A stretch of 64,000 nucleotides of DNA from Octopus sinensis. Lineage: Eukaryota. Location of the stretch: positions 69,130,001-69,194,000 of the forward strand of contig NC_043002.1 in assembly GCF_006345805.1 (NCBI RefSeq), written 5' to 3'. A program made the position numbers and the translations under genes. Positions 51,376-64,000 of the stretch are shown here, piece after piece. Below the pieces are notes generated by a model. It was not told the DNA's origin. It was given only the letters and a program-made list of their open reading frames with translations, and searched no databases. How positions within the stretch are numbered: position 1 is the first letter of the stretch; every line of letters starts with the position of its first letter.

Positions 51376-51595
51376 TCTTTTAGCATTCAAATTACTTTGT
51401 CCAATGTAATGCTTATTTATCATTGTTTTGAATTAATTATGCATTTAATTTTTAGTTTCAAGGTTTCATTGATGTGGTTGTTTATCTTTAGACTGTCATT
51501 GTAGAATAGGTGTGAGAAGCTGGATCTAGTCAGCTTGAATGTAAAAGAGGTAAAACTATTTTGGGCTGGATATAGCTGGTTTAAAGGCTAAAGAG
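51376..51595. mobile_element. piggyBac-type MITE, same family as 21810
   Basis: TTAA-flanked; body aligns by eye with 21810-21997. Confidence 0.7.
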
Positions 51596-52119
51596 TTAAT
51601 ATAATCCTAATCTTTTTTTTCTCTTTCTTTTATGTCCCTTGTATTAAATATGTAAACACTATCCTAGCTATTGTTTTTCATGTAGTCAGTATCTCTGAAT
51701 TATTCATACTCTAAACAGTTCTACTTTTTTTGCCAATCAATGTGATGATGCCTCTTGTTGTAAACAGTAAATGAGGATTCCATAACTTCTTGCTGAACAA
51801 CTTGTTCAGATGATTTGTTTCTGGTGATCAAATGACATTACCAGTGGAGGTGCACGGTGTACCATGTTAAATGTTGAAATGACCATTGAACAACATGAAA
51901 CTGTTTGCTAAGGAACATAACACACCTCCAGTCCAGGAATCAAAACCATGATTTTGCAATTGTGAGTGCAACACTCTAGCCACTAGGCCATGTGCCTTCA
52001 CAACCAGTTTAAAGTCTTGTACATATACTCAAAGATTCTTTCCTAACTGCTTTAGTAAATACAGGAAAGGTTATGTTTCACTGTAGAGGTTGGGATAAGT
52101 TCTAGACATGTCTGGAGTT

Positions 52120-52505
52120 CATTATTTACATTATTTACAATCGACAGATATTTGTCCTCATCTTGTTTGTTGTTAACACAACGTTTCGGCTGATATACCC
52201 TCCAGTCTTCATCTCATATGCCTATGGGCATATGGCGTAGAGGTTAAGAGCGTGGGCTACTAACCCCAAATTCCGAGTTTGGTTCCAGGCAGTGACCTGA
52301 ATAATGAAAATAATAATAATAATAGTAATAATAACAACAACATCAAAAAATACCTTAGAAATGAGAACCCAGGTTCGAAATTTCCCCAAGACACCTGAAT
52401 CAGCCGAAACATGTTAACAACAAACAAGATGAGGACAAATATCTGTCAATTGTAAATAATGTAAATAACGTACATACTTCCTCATCTCTTAAACATAGAA
52501 CAAAA
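52120..52505 (+). mobile_element. tRNA-headed SINE with a hammerhead-derived (Penelope-like) tail and a 5' inverted tail duplication; 12-bp TSD
   Basis: TSD ATGTCTGGAGTT at 52108-52119 and 52506-52517; A-box TGGCGTAGAGG and B-box-like GAGTTTGGTTCC in the head from 52226; inverted arms 52122-52193 and 52399-52468. Confidence 0.8.
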
Positions 52506-53476
52506 ATGTCTGGAGTTGTCTCTTCTTTTCGATGAAAAAAGAAAAGATGAAAATAACATTAAGTATTTACTAATATTGTCTTTTTATTTCTTTGCTAGTT
52601 AATTATTTTCAATTATTTAATACTGCCTAAATTAAATAAAACACTATCTTCACTTGATATACTGTGTATGAAAAGAAAATGGAATACTTAGGACTGAGCT
52701 ACCTTTGATCATAAGTTTGCTCAGTAAAAGCTGACCTGGGATTAAACAGCAGTTTATATGCATACACTCAGTTATAGAATTCTCCATGATATGTCAGTAT
52801 TAAAAATAGGAATGGGGGAAAAATTGTGCTAATGGAAAGAGGAATGATATATGTTTAGCTTTATTTCAAATATTTTCCTTTTTTAATATATCCAAGTCTA
52901 CATTATCCATTGTGACCATCCTTTTCTAAAATGGTTGGGTATAATTTGGGGGAGATTTTGTCGTTATTACTAGCAGCACATGTGACTGTGTTGAGGTTCT
53001 CTTATTAATTAGTTTGTGTAAAAATTTAATTTAAAAATGGTTGACATACTTTTTTCATGAATAATAAAATTACTATTAAAGAAATAATAAAAATGTTGAA
53101 ATGACTGAAAGAGATGTTAATTTTTGGTTGAAAATTTGTGAGCGATTATTTTATAACTGACACAGAGTTTTATCACGTGTCTGAAATGTATCACAGTAGA
53201 GTAGGTAAATAGATTTGGTGCTAGAATGTGGATTTAACTGAAAATCTGAGGCTAAGAACCAGAAAGTGAATTGGTCACAATAAAAATGTGACTCATTTCT
53301 CTCATCTGTTTTATGAATTTTGTTTTCCTCTCAAGTGGAAAAGATAAAATGAAAAAAAGCATGAACCAAGCAAACAAAGCATGTATTGTGGAATGTATCT
53401 CATGTGTAAAACAGAATTACTTTATCATAATGTTTGTTCTTTTGTTGTTAGTATCATTTCACTCGATCTATTGTAG

Positions 53477-53849
53477 ATTCATCCACACCGTCTGGCAGTA
53501 GTAGCGCTGGAGCATCAACATCTAGTGGACGAGGTGCTGAAGGAGGGCACTCACCAAAAGGCATTCAGCTTCAGAACGGTGTGGCTCCAAGTCCAGTGTC
53601 TCCGCTTGCATCGAGTTCATCTCATATGACTAGCGGTGCAACAGCTGGTGCCGTTGGTGGATCCACTGGTGGCGCCTCTGCAGGAGTTGCAGCTGTTGCA
53701 GTACCAGCCCATGTCACATCTGACGGAGCTTGTGGAACTGTCCCAAATTATGCTTCTCAGCAAGCCTCATCTCAAACTCCTCCTACTCAAGCACAGGTTC
53801 AGGCACAAGCACAACAACTGCAGCAGCCCCAGGATCCTTTACCAATTGG
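53477..53849 (+). CDS. Su(dx): HECT E3 ligase exon 6, Ser/Gly/Ala/Gln-rich linker ending QDPLPIG just before WW1
   Basis: ttgtAG acceptor, GTAATT donor; 373 bp open, phase 1 to 2; ends with the DPLPxG lead-in typical of WW domains. Confidence 0.9.
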
Positions 53850-53851
53850 GT

Positions 53852-54048
53852 AATTATCCTATATTTTTAATTATACCATATTTTTTAATTATTCTATATT
53901 TTTTAATTATGCTATATTTTTTAATTATCCTATATTTTTTAATTATCCTATATTTTTTAATTGTCCTATATTTTTAGATTATCCTATATTTTTTAATTAT
54001 GCTATATTTTTTAATTATACTCTATTTTTTAATTATACTCTATTTTTT
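53852..54048 (+). repeat. 18-bp AT-rich minisatellite, about 11 units, beginning at the exon 6 donor
   Basis: Unit AATTATCCTATATTTTTT with variants. Confidence 0.9.
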
Positions 54049-55614
54049 AAAAATAATTTTCTCTTATTTTATCTGAAGTTATGTATATCAAGATGCTCCA
54101 TATCAATGTGCCACTCATGCATATAAATGTGTGTATCCATGTTTTTGTATGCATAAATAATATATGAATAAAGGAAGTATGTTGTATATACACAGACATA
54201 TACACAAACACTTATGTATACAACATTGTAAATGCACATTTGTATTTTGTATGTAATCACGCATATATAATGTCTCGTACATTACTATTGTGTTTATCAC
54301 GTAAATAAAAGCCGAAAAGCATAAATTATTCAAGGCCCTCAGATTTCATGTATAACATTTTTTTCAAGTTTAAAAACTGTTACCCACAAAACTCAAGGTT
54401 ACGGTAATTGCTTGGCCATTTAGATCCAAAAATAATACAATTATATCTCTCCATATAATCTGTTGGTTGGTGACAAGAAGGGCATCAGTCTTAATGTAGT
54501 CTCATGTGACCCATACAAGCATAGAGAAGTAGACGACAAAACAATGATGGTGATGATTACATTTTGTTCACTCACCTCTTAATTCATTTATTACATGCAA
54601 TGTAGCACACGTACATACATGCATATTTTCTCTCTGTAATTGTACTTAATAGAAGAAATTTAATTTCTGATTTTTATGGTGCTTACATTTAGTTCAGTTC
54701 AAAGCTGAGTTTATGACCTGTTTTATTAATCACTTCATATATTAGTATAAACCTTGAACTTGGAAAGGCAGTGGTTATTGTGCTTATTCACATAAATAAA
54801 AGCCTAAAGAAAAGCTTTTTACTGAATTATATACTGACCTCCATGCATTAAATTAGCATTTTTATATTGAAATGGAAATTGTCACCTTGAGCAAGAGTCT
54901 TCTATTGTAGCCTTAGGTTGATCAACAGCTTGTCAGTAAATTTAGTTGATGGAAATGGTACAAAATCCATCATGCCTGTGTATTTGTATACACACACGCA
55001 TTTATATATGTGTATATGTGAGCTGAAGAGTAGTTTTCTCCATTTTGCATCTGTATGTGAATATACAATTGTATTATATAATGCTGAATGTGTGTATATG
55101 CAGATGCATCTATGCATGTAATATGTGTATGTACATGTGTGTTGAAGTTAATGATGCTGCATGGAGGAAATTATGAAACGGCTGTAATCATATGGGGATA
55201 ATAAGTCTGTATTTGCCTCTCACACCTGATTCTGTGTGGTTGGCGTTAGGAATGGCATCCAGCTGTAGAAACCATACCGAATGAGACTGGAGTCAAACCA
55301 TCCAACCTATGCCAGCAGGGACAACGAATATTAAATGATGGTGATGATGATAATTTATATATATGTCTATAGGATATCCCAGAAACAGCTGTAAGACTTT
55401 GAATTTTTTCCAATGATAATAATGTATATGACTTGAGATGTTTGCTTGCCTTAATGTTTATTGTCCCCTTTAACAATTATATATCTGCTATATTGGAAAT
55501 GTACAATGGCTCCATAACTGCCATCTTGGCTATAACCTTGGAGCCCTAGTAATCCGTTACAGAACTTACCTAATGTACCTAGTCGTTTGGATCACCTGTG
55601 AACTAAACCCCCAT

Positions 55615-55709
<95 letters not shown>

Positions 55710-56172
55710 TTACATTCTGCTGCACTGAGCATGAAAGTGTGCTGAACTTTTGGTGAAGTTGTTGTTCCCTTTTAACAAATCAGCCATTAGCTCTACACTT
55801 GCAAAGATATGCATAATAAAAAAAATCTTGCAAAGTAAGTACGAGTTAGTAAAAGAAATGGCCTCCATCTGAGGAGTGGTATGTATTTATGTAACCCATT
55901 CTAGCATTGGGAAATACATAAACCAAACAGATGATTATTAGTAATTTCATAATTTTATTATTGATATTTATAATTCTAGTGTTGTTAGATACTGCTTGTC
56001 TTGCTTTCCCAGATAGATTGATCTTGCCAGAATTGGAATAATTTTGTCTTTGGTCAGAACTAAAGATAATTTATAAGGATTTGTACTAAGTGTTGTAATT
56101 GCAGGTAACTGAGACAGAAATATACTAAAGTCAAATTGAAGTGTAATTATTCAGAAGGATTTAAAGTGATAG

Positions 56173-56610
<438 letters not shown>

Positions 56611-57249
56611 TGAGTTCAAGGAAATGGAAGATTGTGTCAGTCACTAGTTCACAGTTTGCTTAAAGTGAAGGTGACAAGGAAGTATTAGTACATTTAGTTT
56701 TCAAAAGCTTGTATTCTATCCATTGACTCGTTTCATTCAAAAGTTTGTTCCATAAAATTAGATGCTAACCCTGATGTGATTTGAAGTAGCATTTTGATCT
56801 GGAAGTACATTACATTCTGTCTCAGGACCTACTTTATTTGAGGAGATCATTTTGAATGATGTGGCAACCAGATTAGTTACAAAACAAAAAAAAACAAAGA
56901 AAAAATGATTTAGGGAATAGTTTTCTCTAATATTTATCTCCCTTGCTCCTTCGTATAAGATATTTAATTATCTTCACTATGTTTGGTGGATGTGGATTTT
57001 TAAATTAATTTTGCTTTTGTTTGATTAATACTTTTTGTACTAAGCAAAAGCATTAGATATTTGGCCTTATACATATTTTAAGACATCCTCAAAACCTGAC
57101 CATACTAGTTCTTTCTTGGTAGAGCAGTTTTCTCGGCTTAGATGATAGCATTCTCTAGGGCACTGTGAATACCAAAGTATCAGCAGACATTAGTGGAGCA
57201 CTGAAAGTTATTTGGCAAGTAGGTTTATATATTCATTATAAATAAATTA

Positions 57250-57753
57250 CTTGTTGTGACCCCCTTTGGTCATGAATGACCATGGGATTGCACCTAGAAA
57301 GTTACACTCTGAGGCACAAGTCTGGGCAAGGTTGTTTATGGAAGACCAGCAGTCGCCTACGCATACCAGCCTCCTCTCTCCACGCCAAGGGAAAGGCAAA
57401 GGCCGATACAGCTTGGCACCAGTGACGTTGCAGCTCATTTATTAATGTGCAAGTGGCTGAACACTCCACAAACACGTGTACCCTTAACGTAGTTCTCGGG
57501 GAGATTCAGCGTGACACAGTGTGTGGCAAGGCTGGCCCTTTGAAATACAGGTACAACAGAAACAGGAAAAAAGAGTGAGAGAAAGTTGTGGTGAAAGAAT
57601 ACAGCAGGGTTCACCACCACCCCCTGCTGGAGCCTCGTGGAGCTTTAGGTGTTTTCACTCAATAAACACTCACAATGTCCGGTCTGGGAATTGAAACTGC
57701 GATCCTACAACTGCGGGTCCGCTGCCCTAACCACCGGGCCATTGTACCTCCAC
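57250..57753 (-). mobile_element. tRNA-derived SINE with the family D head and core but a different, longer 3' region
   Basis: 57570-57753 aligns with 44980-45168; the remainder is unrelated to 44854-44980. Confidence 0.8.
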
Positions 57754-58702
57754 AAGTTACTACCATGAGTTATTTATAATGAAGGTGATTTTTCACAATA
57801 GGGCGATGATTCTGCTCTGGCAAAGTATTGCTTCATTTGGCAACTGCTGAGAACACTTCCTCTGGCCCTGTGCTGTGGTCAGTTTGTCATTGAGGAAATG
57901 TTTTGGTGTAATTCAGAATTACTTTTTCTTGTGGATTTTGCGTTGTCGCTGCCCTCTTATAAAGAAAAGCATGAAAATAAATGGTATGAATAACAAAAAC
58001 AAATTTTAAATAATCTGATGCAATTGCAATCTTCTCTTGAACATTGATAGAAAAATTAACTACAACAATAACACAAAATATTTCTTAATTGTACCATAGT
58101 AATATCCTTAATAACATAAAAAAAAAAGAAAAAAAAAGACTTGTAGCATGACACCAGCAAAAGAAAACAAGTTGTTCTGCAGCCATTAAAGAAAATGATA
58201 CCAGCTATAGTTTGACAAAACGAAAGTGGGCATCCTATTATTTCCATAAAGAGCTTTCTAAACGATCAAATTTTCAGTGGAATAATAATTTCATTGCCCA
58301 ATAATATGATTTTAAGACTGGTTTCAATCTGAAGCTAGAAATTTACGGCATCATACATTAACAAATAAATATTTCAAGCAGGATAAAAGTAAGTAATCTT
58401 TCTCAAGAAGTTTAATATTATTGACCAGTACCTATTTTATAATGAGCAAGCACAAGCCCCATTGTTAATGCTTTACCATGAGGTTTATAAAGTTACTAAA
58501 AGTTTCCTGGCCTTGGGAATTGATAAATAAAAAGTAAAATTTTACGAGTTTGAATGATTATATATGTTAACACTTTGATTATGGAATACAGTGGTTTTTG
58601 TGATAGTCAGGTAACTATAAACTTTTTAATCCAGTATATGCCATTGAGGCAGTATTAAATTAAAATGACCATATATGTGTACATTGTTAATATATATATA
58701 TA

Positions 58703-58819
58703 CACTAGTGATAGGCCAGTTACTGCAGTATTTGTCCTAAGATAACATGTTTTTAACACAGCATGTCCATAGGAAATGTTATTTCGGGATAAATACTGCA
58801 GTCACTGGCCTATCACCTG
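58703..58819. mobile_element. Tc1/mariner-type MITE with ~50-bp TIRs; partial second copy at about 59031-59110
   Basis: gtgataggccagttactgcagtatttgtcc / ggataaatactgcagtcactggcctatcac; TA flanks. Confidence 0.75.
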
Positions 58820-59248
58820 TATATACATTAAGTATGATACATAGACAACTGTTTTAATTTAATATTGCCCCAATTGCATATATCAGATTTCTATTCAGTC
58901 GAATGGCTATTCTCAACATAAGTAAATGTTTTATTCACTTTTTCTTTCTCTTCTAAGCGTGTGACTGGCTGGTTGAGTTTTTGCCTTCCTCTGATATTCA
59001 TTGTGTTTTTGCCTTCCTCTGATATTCATTGTGTTTTTAACACAGCATGTCCATAAGAGATGTTATCTCAGGACAAATACCGCAACAACTGGCCTATTGA
59101 TAGTGTACATTCATTGCCATACTTAGATGGTTATCTTAAACTTCTTAATTTTTTTTTTATCATACTCACAAATTTTGTGTTGATGATGAATATCAATCAT
59201 GATAAAGTCATTGAATTTAAATACCCTTGTTAATCTTTCCTATTAAAG

Positions 59249-59475
59249 ATGGGAACGTCGAGTGGACAGCCGTAACCGAGTATATTATGTTGACCACAAC
59301 ACTCGCACGACAACATGGCAGAAACCTAGCATGGATATGGTTCTGAACTGGCAGCAATGGCAACAGTGGCGAAACAACAGAAGCATGGAACACCTACAAC
59401 AGCGGTTTCTTTATCCACAGAATCAAATGCTAGCAACTGAAGCAGATACACAGGATGCATTGCCTCAGGGATGGG
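59249..59475 (+). CDS. Su(dx): HECT E3 ligase exon 8, WW2 plus WW2-WW3 linker ([26 protein letters not shown]...QRFLYPQ...DALPQGW)
   Basis: ttaaAG acceptor; GTCTGT donor at 59476 joins G|AG (Glu) to the next exon; 227 bp, phase 2 to 1. Confidence 0.95.
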
Positions 59476-60671
59476 GTCTGTATTCAATTCATTTTCATTG
59501 TTCTCATATATTACCAACAATATTTCATGTGTTTCTAATGTATGATGTGTGTGTTTGTAATGTATATGTATATTGTGAGATGCATCATTATCACTGGCAG
59601 CATCAACATCAGTTCCATCACCAACAGAAGCAGCAGCAGTACCACCACTACCATCACCACATTCTAGTATTCTTTTCATCTTGCTGGTAAATGTTTGGTG
59701 GATCTATTGCTGCTCTGCCATTGAAAGCAGGTTATATATTGTGATGTGATTTCATACAAGATAGAATGAGGAATGTCATGGCTGTACCTAAGTGTTTGAG
59801 TGTGTTCAAGTTGCAGTTTAAAAACCTTTATATGCTATTCTAATATACAAGATCAAAGTACATTTCATTAGAGAAATAAAATTTTGGTAGGAAGTGGTAA
59901 CAACTAATATGAGAGCAATAATTCTTACATTTGGCATGACCTAATTACTGCAAGATATAGAGAGATCTTGTGCAGGAGACTTTTGCTAACAGGGGAAGTA
60001 CAGACAGTTGAAGCAATAATGCAGATGATTTTGACTAGTGGAAATGATAGTTTTAACGAATAATGATCACAGCTAAAATAATTATTGCACAATGTCCGTT
60101 TAAGCCAGCATAATTTATTGGATAAAATATTAAACCATTGAGAAGAATAAGGTTTAGTTTTGGTATATCGCCAAAAATACACTTAAACTAATTTATCAGA
60201 AGTGATATAGAATGACAGAGTGACTGTAACAAAATCTTGTGTCTATGACCTATCACATTAATCTGTGCTTCATGCTATACGTAGTTTAGAGATTTTACGT
60301 ATAATAGGTGAAATACATTGGATAGGTTTTGTTTAAGAAGCACTATAAATTAGCTATTGTTATAACTGAGGATACTAGATGTTAGGAGTTCAGTTCCTGT
60401 ATTTGTTAGGTTGATTTTTTTTTTCACCATGTCAATAAAATAAGTATCAATTATATATTAAGGTTAATTCATTAGACTGTAATAAACCTTAATTCCTCTG
60501 GAATTTGTCTGTGTAGAAATCAATATTTTTTATGTTAAGGATAGAAAAGTCATTATGAGAATGGTTATAGGTAGTTTTCTTTGAACACAAATTTGTTTAG
60601 CACAGTTTTATTTTGACTATAATTGTTAGATGTTTGTTACTGTTCACAGTTGCTAACAATATTTTGTGTGA

Positions 60672-60767
<96 letters not shown>

Positions 60768-61322
60768 TAAATCTTACATATTTGCTACCTAGAATTGGTT
60801 CTTCACTAAATATGAGACATATTAATAAGAGTTTATTAACACTTTTATTATATTTCTGTCAAAATACACTGCCTTTGTTTCAATTAATTATGAAAATAAC
60901 AAAGAATTTTGTAAAATAACTTGTCCTTAATAAGCTGATGTTTGGAAGGTAATTAGAATAAAATTTTACTAGGTTTTTAATGTTGATCACTTTAAAACAG
61001 TAACTTTATATTAAAGGACCAAAGGCAGTCCCAGGTTGGTTGATATCAAAAGGATTAAATCATAAGGCATGATGTAATTTATCACCATCATAATGAGGAT
61101 TTATTTTATTTTATTTTTTAAAAATTGTCTTTGCATAAGGGAATCTCTGACTAAAAATAACATTTTATTGAGTCAACATTAATCTAAATTATCTCATATT
61201 TCTAAGATTGTTCAGAAATTATTAGGTATTCTGTCGCAGAAAAATATTATAAAATGGAGAAGAATAATAAAATTCTATTTTTGTTCCCTCTTACTTAATA
61301 TTACCTATTTACTTTTTCTTGA

Positions 61323-61496
<174 letters not shown>

Positions 61497-62042
61497 TAAG
61501 ATCATTAGTGCTGCTGTTATTGTGTAATCTTTGTGAAGCTTTCAATATATCGTCTCTATCGGGTGATAAATAATTTTATAACTTCTGTGATTTAGTTGGT
61601 ACATAACCATATCATAGATTATTTACTTTAAAGAATGTCAGCCATGTTGTGCATTCTGGAAATATTAACCTCTCAGATAAATGGACAGCTGATGGTGATG
61701 AGATGGTGTTACATAAGCAATATTCAACATCAGTAATGAAATAATTAAAAATATCAAAAACACTACACATATGTTTATCGATACCCATATTAAAATGATA
61801 ATGATTTCAAATTTTGGCATAGGGCTAGCAATTTTCAGAGCAGGGGATAGTTAGTTACATCAGTCCCAGTGCTCAACTAGTATTTATTTTATCCACCCTG
61901 GAAGAATGATGAAACACCACTAAGCATTGTGTCTGATGTGCTAATGATTCTACAAGCTCGCTGCTTTAACCATAGAATGATAATAATAAGTAAAATACTT
62001 TGAGAGAAGTCAGAGATCAGTTATACATTGATGTAAATTATA

Positions 62043-63211
62043 CATGGTTTGATCAATAAGTGGCTGGACTGTTGCCATAGTAACGAAGCTAAAACATGCA
62101 GAGGGAAGCTGCTTGGCTTCACTCTGCACAGATTGATCTTGAACTCTGTTGTGCATGTGCACTAAGTCTTAACGTTCTAGCTCACTTCTGCTGTTTACAG
62201 CAGTGCCTGGAAGGAACGTGTGTAGCGTGTGATTGTTGCATTGATCATGACAGAGAGAGTTGAGCAGAAAATCTGCATTAAATTTTGCCAAAAGCTTGGT
62301 GATATCTACTCAGAGACCTACGCAAAGTTGCAGAAAGTGTATGAGCTGCACAGAAGTGTACGAGTGGTTCAAATGTTTCCAAAATGGCTGAAAAAAATGT
62401 TGATAGTGACAAACGTTGTGGGAGACCCGCAAGCAGCAGAACTGAAAAAAGCATTGCAGATGTGCAATCAACTGTGAGGGGAAATCGTTGAATCACCATC
62501 CATGAGTTATCAGCTATGGTTTAGTTCAGTCCATTGTCACTGAACATTTGGGTATGAGATGTGTGTCTGCCAAGTTTGTGCTAAAACTGCTTTTAACTGA
62601 CCAAAAATATAGTCAGGTTTCAGTTGCATAAGATCTCCTTGATTGTGTCAAGAATGATGTAAACTGTCATAACAGGCGATGGATCGTGGGTTTACTGTTA
62701 TGATCCCGAAACAAAGGCTCAGTCTTCACAGTGGAAAACCCCAAACCCTCCGAGACTGAAGCAATGTAAAGACACTGTTGACCATTTTCTTTGACTACAA
62801 GGGGATTGTTCATCATGAGTATACTCCACCTTGTCAGACCAGTAAATTTGGAGTACTACCTTGACGTTTTGCGGCATTTGTGGGATGCTATTCATTGGAA
62901 AAGTCCGTAATTGCATGCGTCCGATGAGTGGCATTTGCACCATGACAACACACCTACTCATTCAGCACAGGTTGTGCAACAGTTTTTGTCTAGGCACAGC
63001 ATTCCTCAGGTCTGAGAGCCACCATATTCCCCAGATCTCACTCCTTGCAACTTTTTCCTCTTTCCAAAAATCAAATTCTGCTTGAAACAGCACTGGATTA
63101 AGTGTGTAGCTTCTGAAAGGGACTACTTTGAAGGAGATTAAATGCCAAATTGGTACGTGTTGTTGTTTTGTTTTTATAGCACCAGTCTGGATACTTTATG
63201 ATCAAACCTAG
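62043..63211 (+). mobile_element. Decayed full-length mariner (DD34D-type) transposon
   Basis: TA-flanked degenerate TIRs (catggtttgatcaataag / ctttatgatcaaacctag); transposase remnants EQKICIKFCQKLG, ITGDGSWVYCYDPETKAQSSQWK, HLHHDNTPTH, PPYSPDL, with stops and frameshifts. Confidence 0.92.
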
Positions 63212-63330
63212 TATGTATGGTTACAAAAATGTTGATGAAAATTAATTTAAATAATTTCCTTATACAAGTAAATATTGTGTTGTAATTGTTGAAAATAATT
63301 TCTGTATTTTAATTTTATATTTGTTTTCAG

Positions 63331-63484
63331 TCCTAAGGGTCCTTTTGGAGTTCCAATACAATACGAGAGGAGTTTCCGTTGGAAATTGGGTCAGTTCCGT
63401 TACTTATGCCACTCCAATGCACTTCAAGGTCACGTGAAAATCACTGTATCCAGAGATAATCTGTTTGAAGATTCATTTACTCAA
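63331..63484 (+). CDS. Su(dx): HECT E3 ligase exon 11, pre-HECT and HECT start ([51 protein letters not shown]); gene continues beyond the window
   Basis: gttttcAG acceptor, GTAAGT donor; 154 bp, phase 2 to 0. [19 protein letters not shown] is characteristic of Su(dx)/WWP1/WWP2/ITCH rather than NEDD4 or SMURF. Confidence 0.97.
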
Positions 63485-64000
63485 GTAAGTGTGACATAGC
63501 TGATGGAATCTTTAGCAGACCTCCCTATTCATAAAGGTTTCCGCACCTAAGCAGATGTAACATAACTAATTTAAAATTTCAAGACTGTTTGACTCATCTG
63601 TTGTGATTTTACCTCAGTTCTACATTTCAATCTGTAAAGTCGCATGGTCTAGTGGTTAGGTTGTTGCACTCATGATTGTGAGATCATGGTTTCAATTTCT
63701 GAACCAGGTGCTACATTTTGTTCTTGAGCTGATCACTTCATCTCATGTTGCTTTGTGATCACTTCAACACCTGACATGTAGCACACCATACACCTGCTCA
63801 AGTAATTTTGATTTGATGGAATGGGTGAGCTTATATACAGCACATAACATTTGGTCATTATAAACAAATCATTTGTGCTGCTTGTCCAGCAAGAAATTGC
63901 AGAACCAGCTTTCTCAGACTACCATCACACATTTTAACCTGATTGCTCTTTAATCATTATTAGGTGCTCTATTCCTTCAAATGTATACACACCCATAGGC

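Noticed and set aside
52226-52300. Possible tRNA gene
   Set aside because: Degenerate B box and no proper acceptor stem; it lies inside a TSD-bounded element, so it is a SINE head. The same applies to the heads near 45168 and 57753.

Overview
AT-rich, microsatellite-dense animal genomic DNA. The repeat families resemble those of an octopus or other coleoid cephalopod (inference from recollection, not a search). One protein-coding gene is supported: a + strand NEDD4-family HECT E3 ligase of the Su(dx)/ITCH/WWP1/WWP2 group. I could chain 11 coding exons with GT-AG sites and matching phases from ATG 18112 to 63484. They encode C2, a Ser/Pro/Gly/Gln linker, WW1-4 and the start of HECT; the gene continues past the window. 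Introns and the upstream 18 kb carry RTE and CR1-like LINE fragments, several tRNA-derived SINE families, hAT/piggyBac/mariner-type MITEs and a decayed mariner. The main finding is at 11408-13175: about 4.4 head-to-tail copies of a ~404-bp CpG-retaining unit inside a (TA)n tract. Each full unit carries a complete type I hammerhead ribozyme, which is the architecture of a metazoan non-LTR retrozyme (circRNA-forming, rolling-circle retroelement). Two other hammerhead-related insertions lie in one intron of the ligase gene: a perfect 154-bp palindrome containing a minimal Penelope-type hammerhead (45261-45414), and a tRNA-headed SINE with a hammerhead-derived tail, an inverted duplication and a 12-bp TSD (52120-52505). 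All structures were read by eye; none has been computed or tested.
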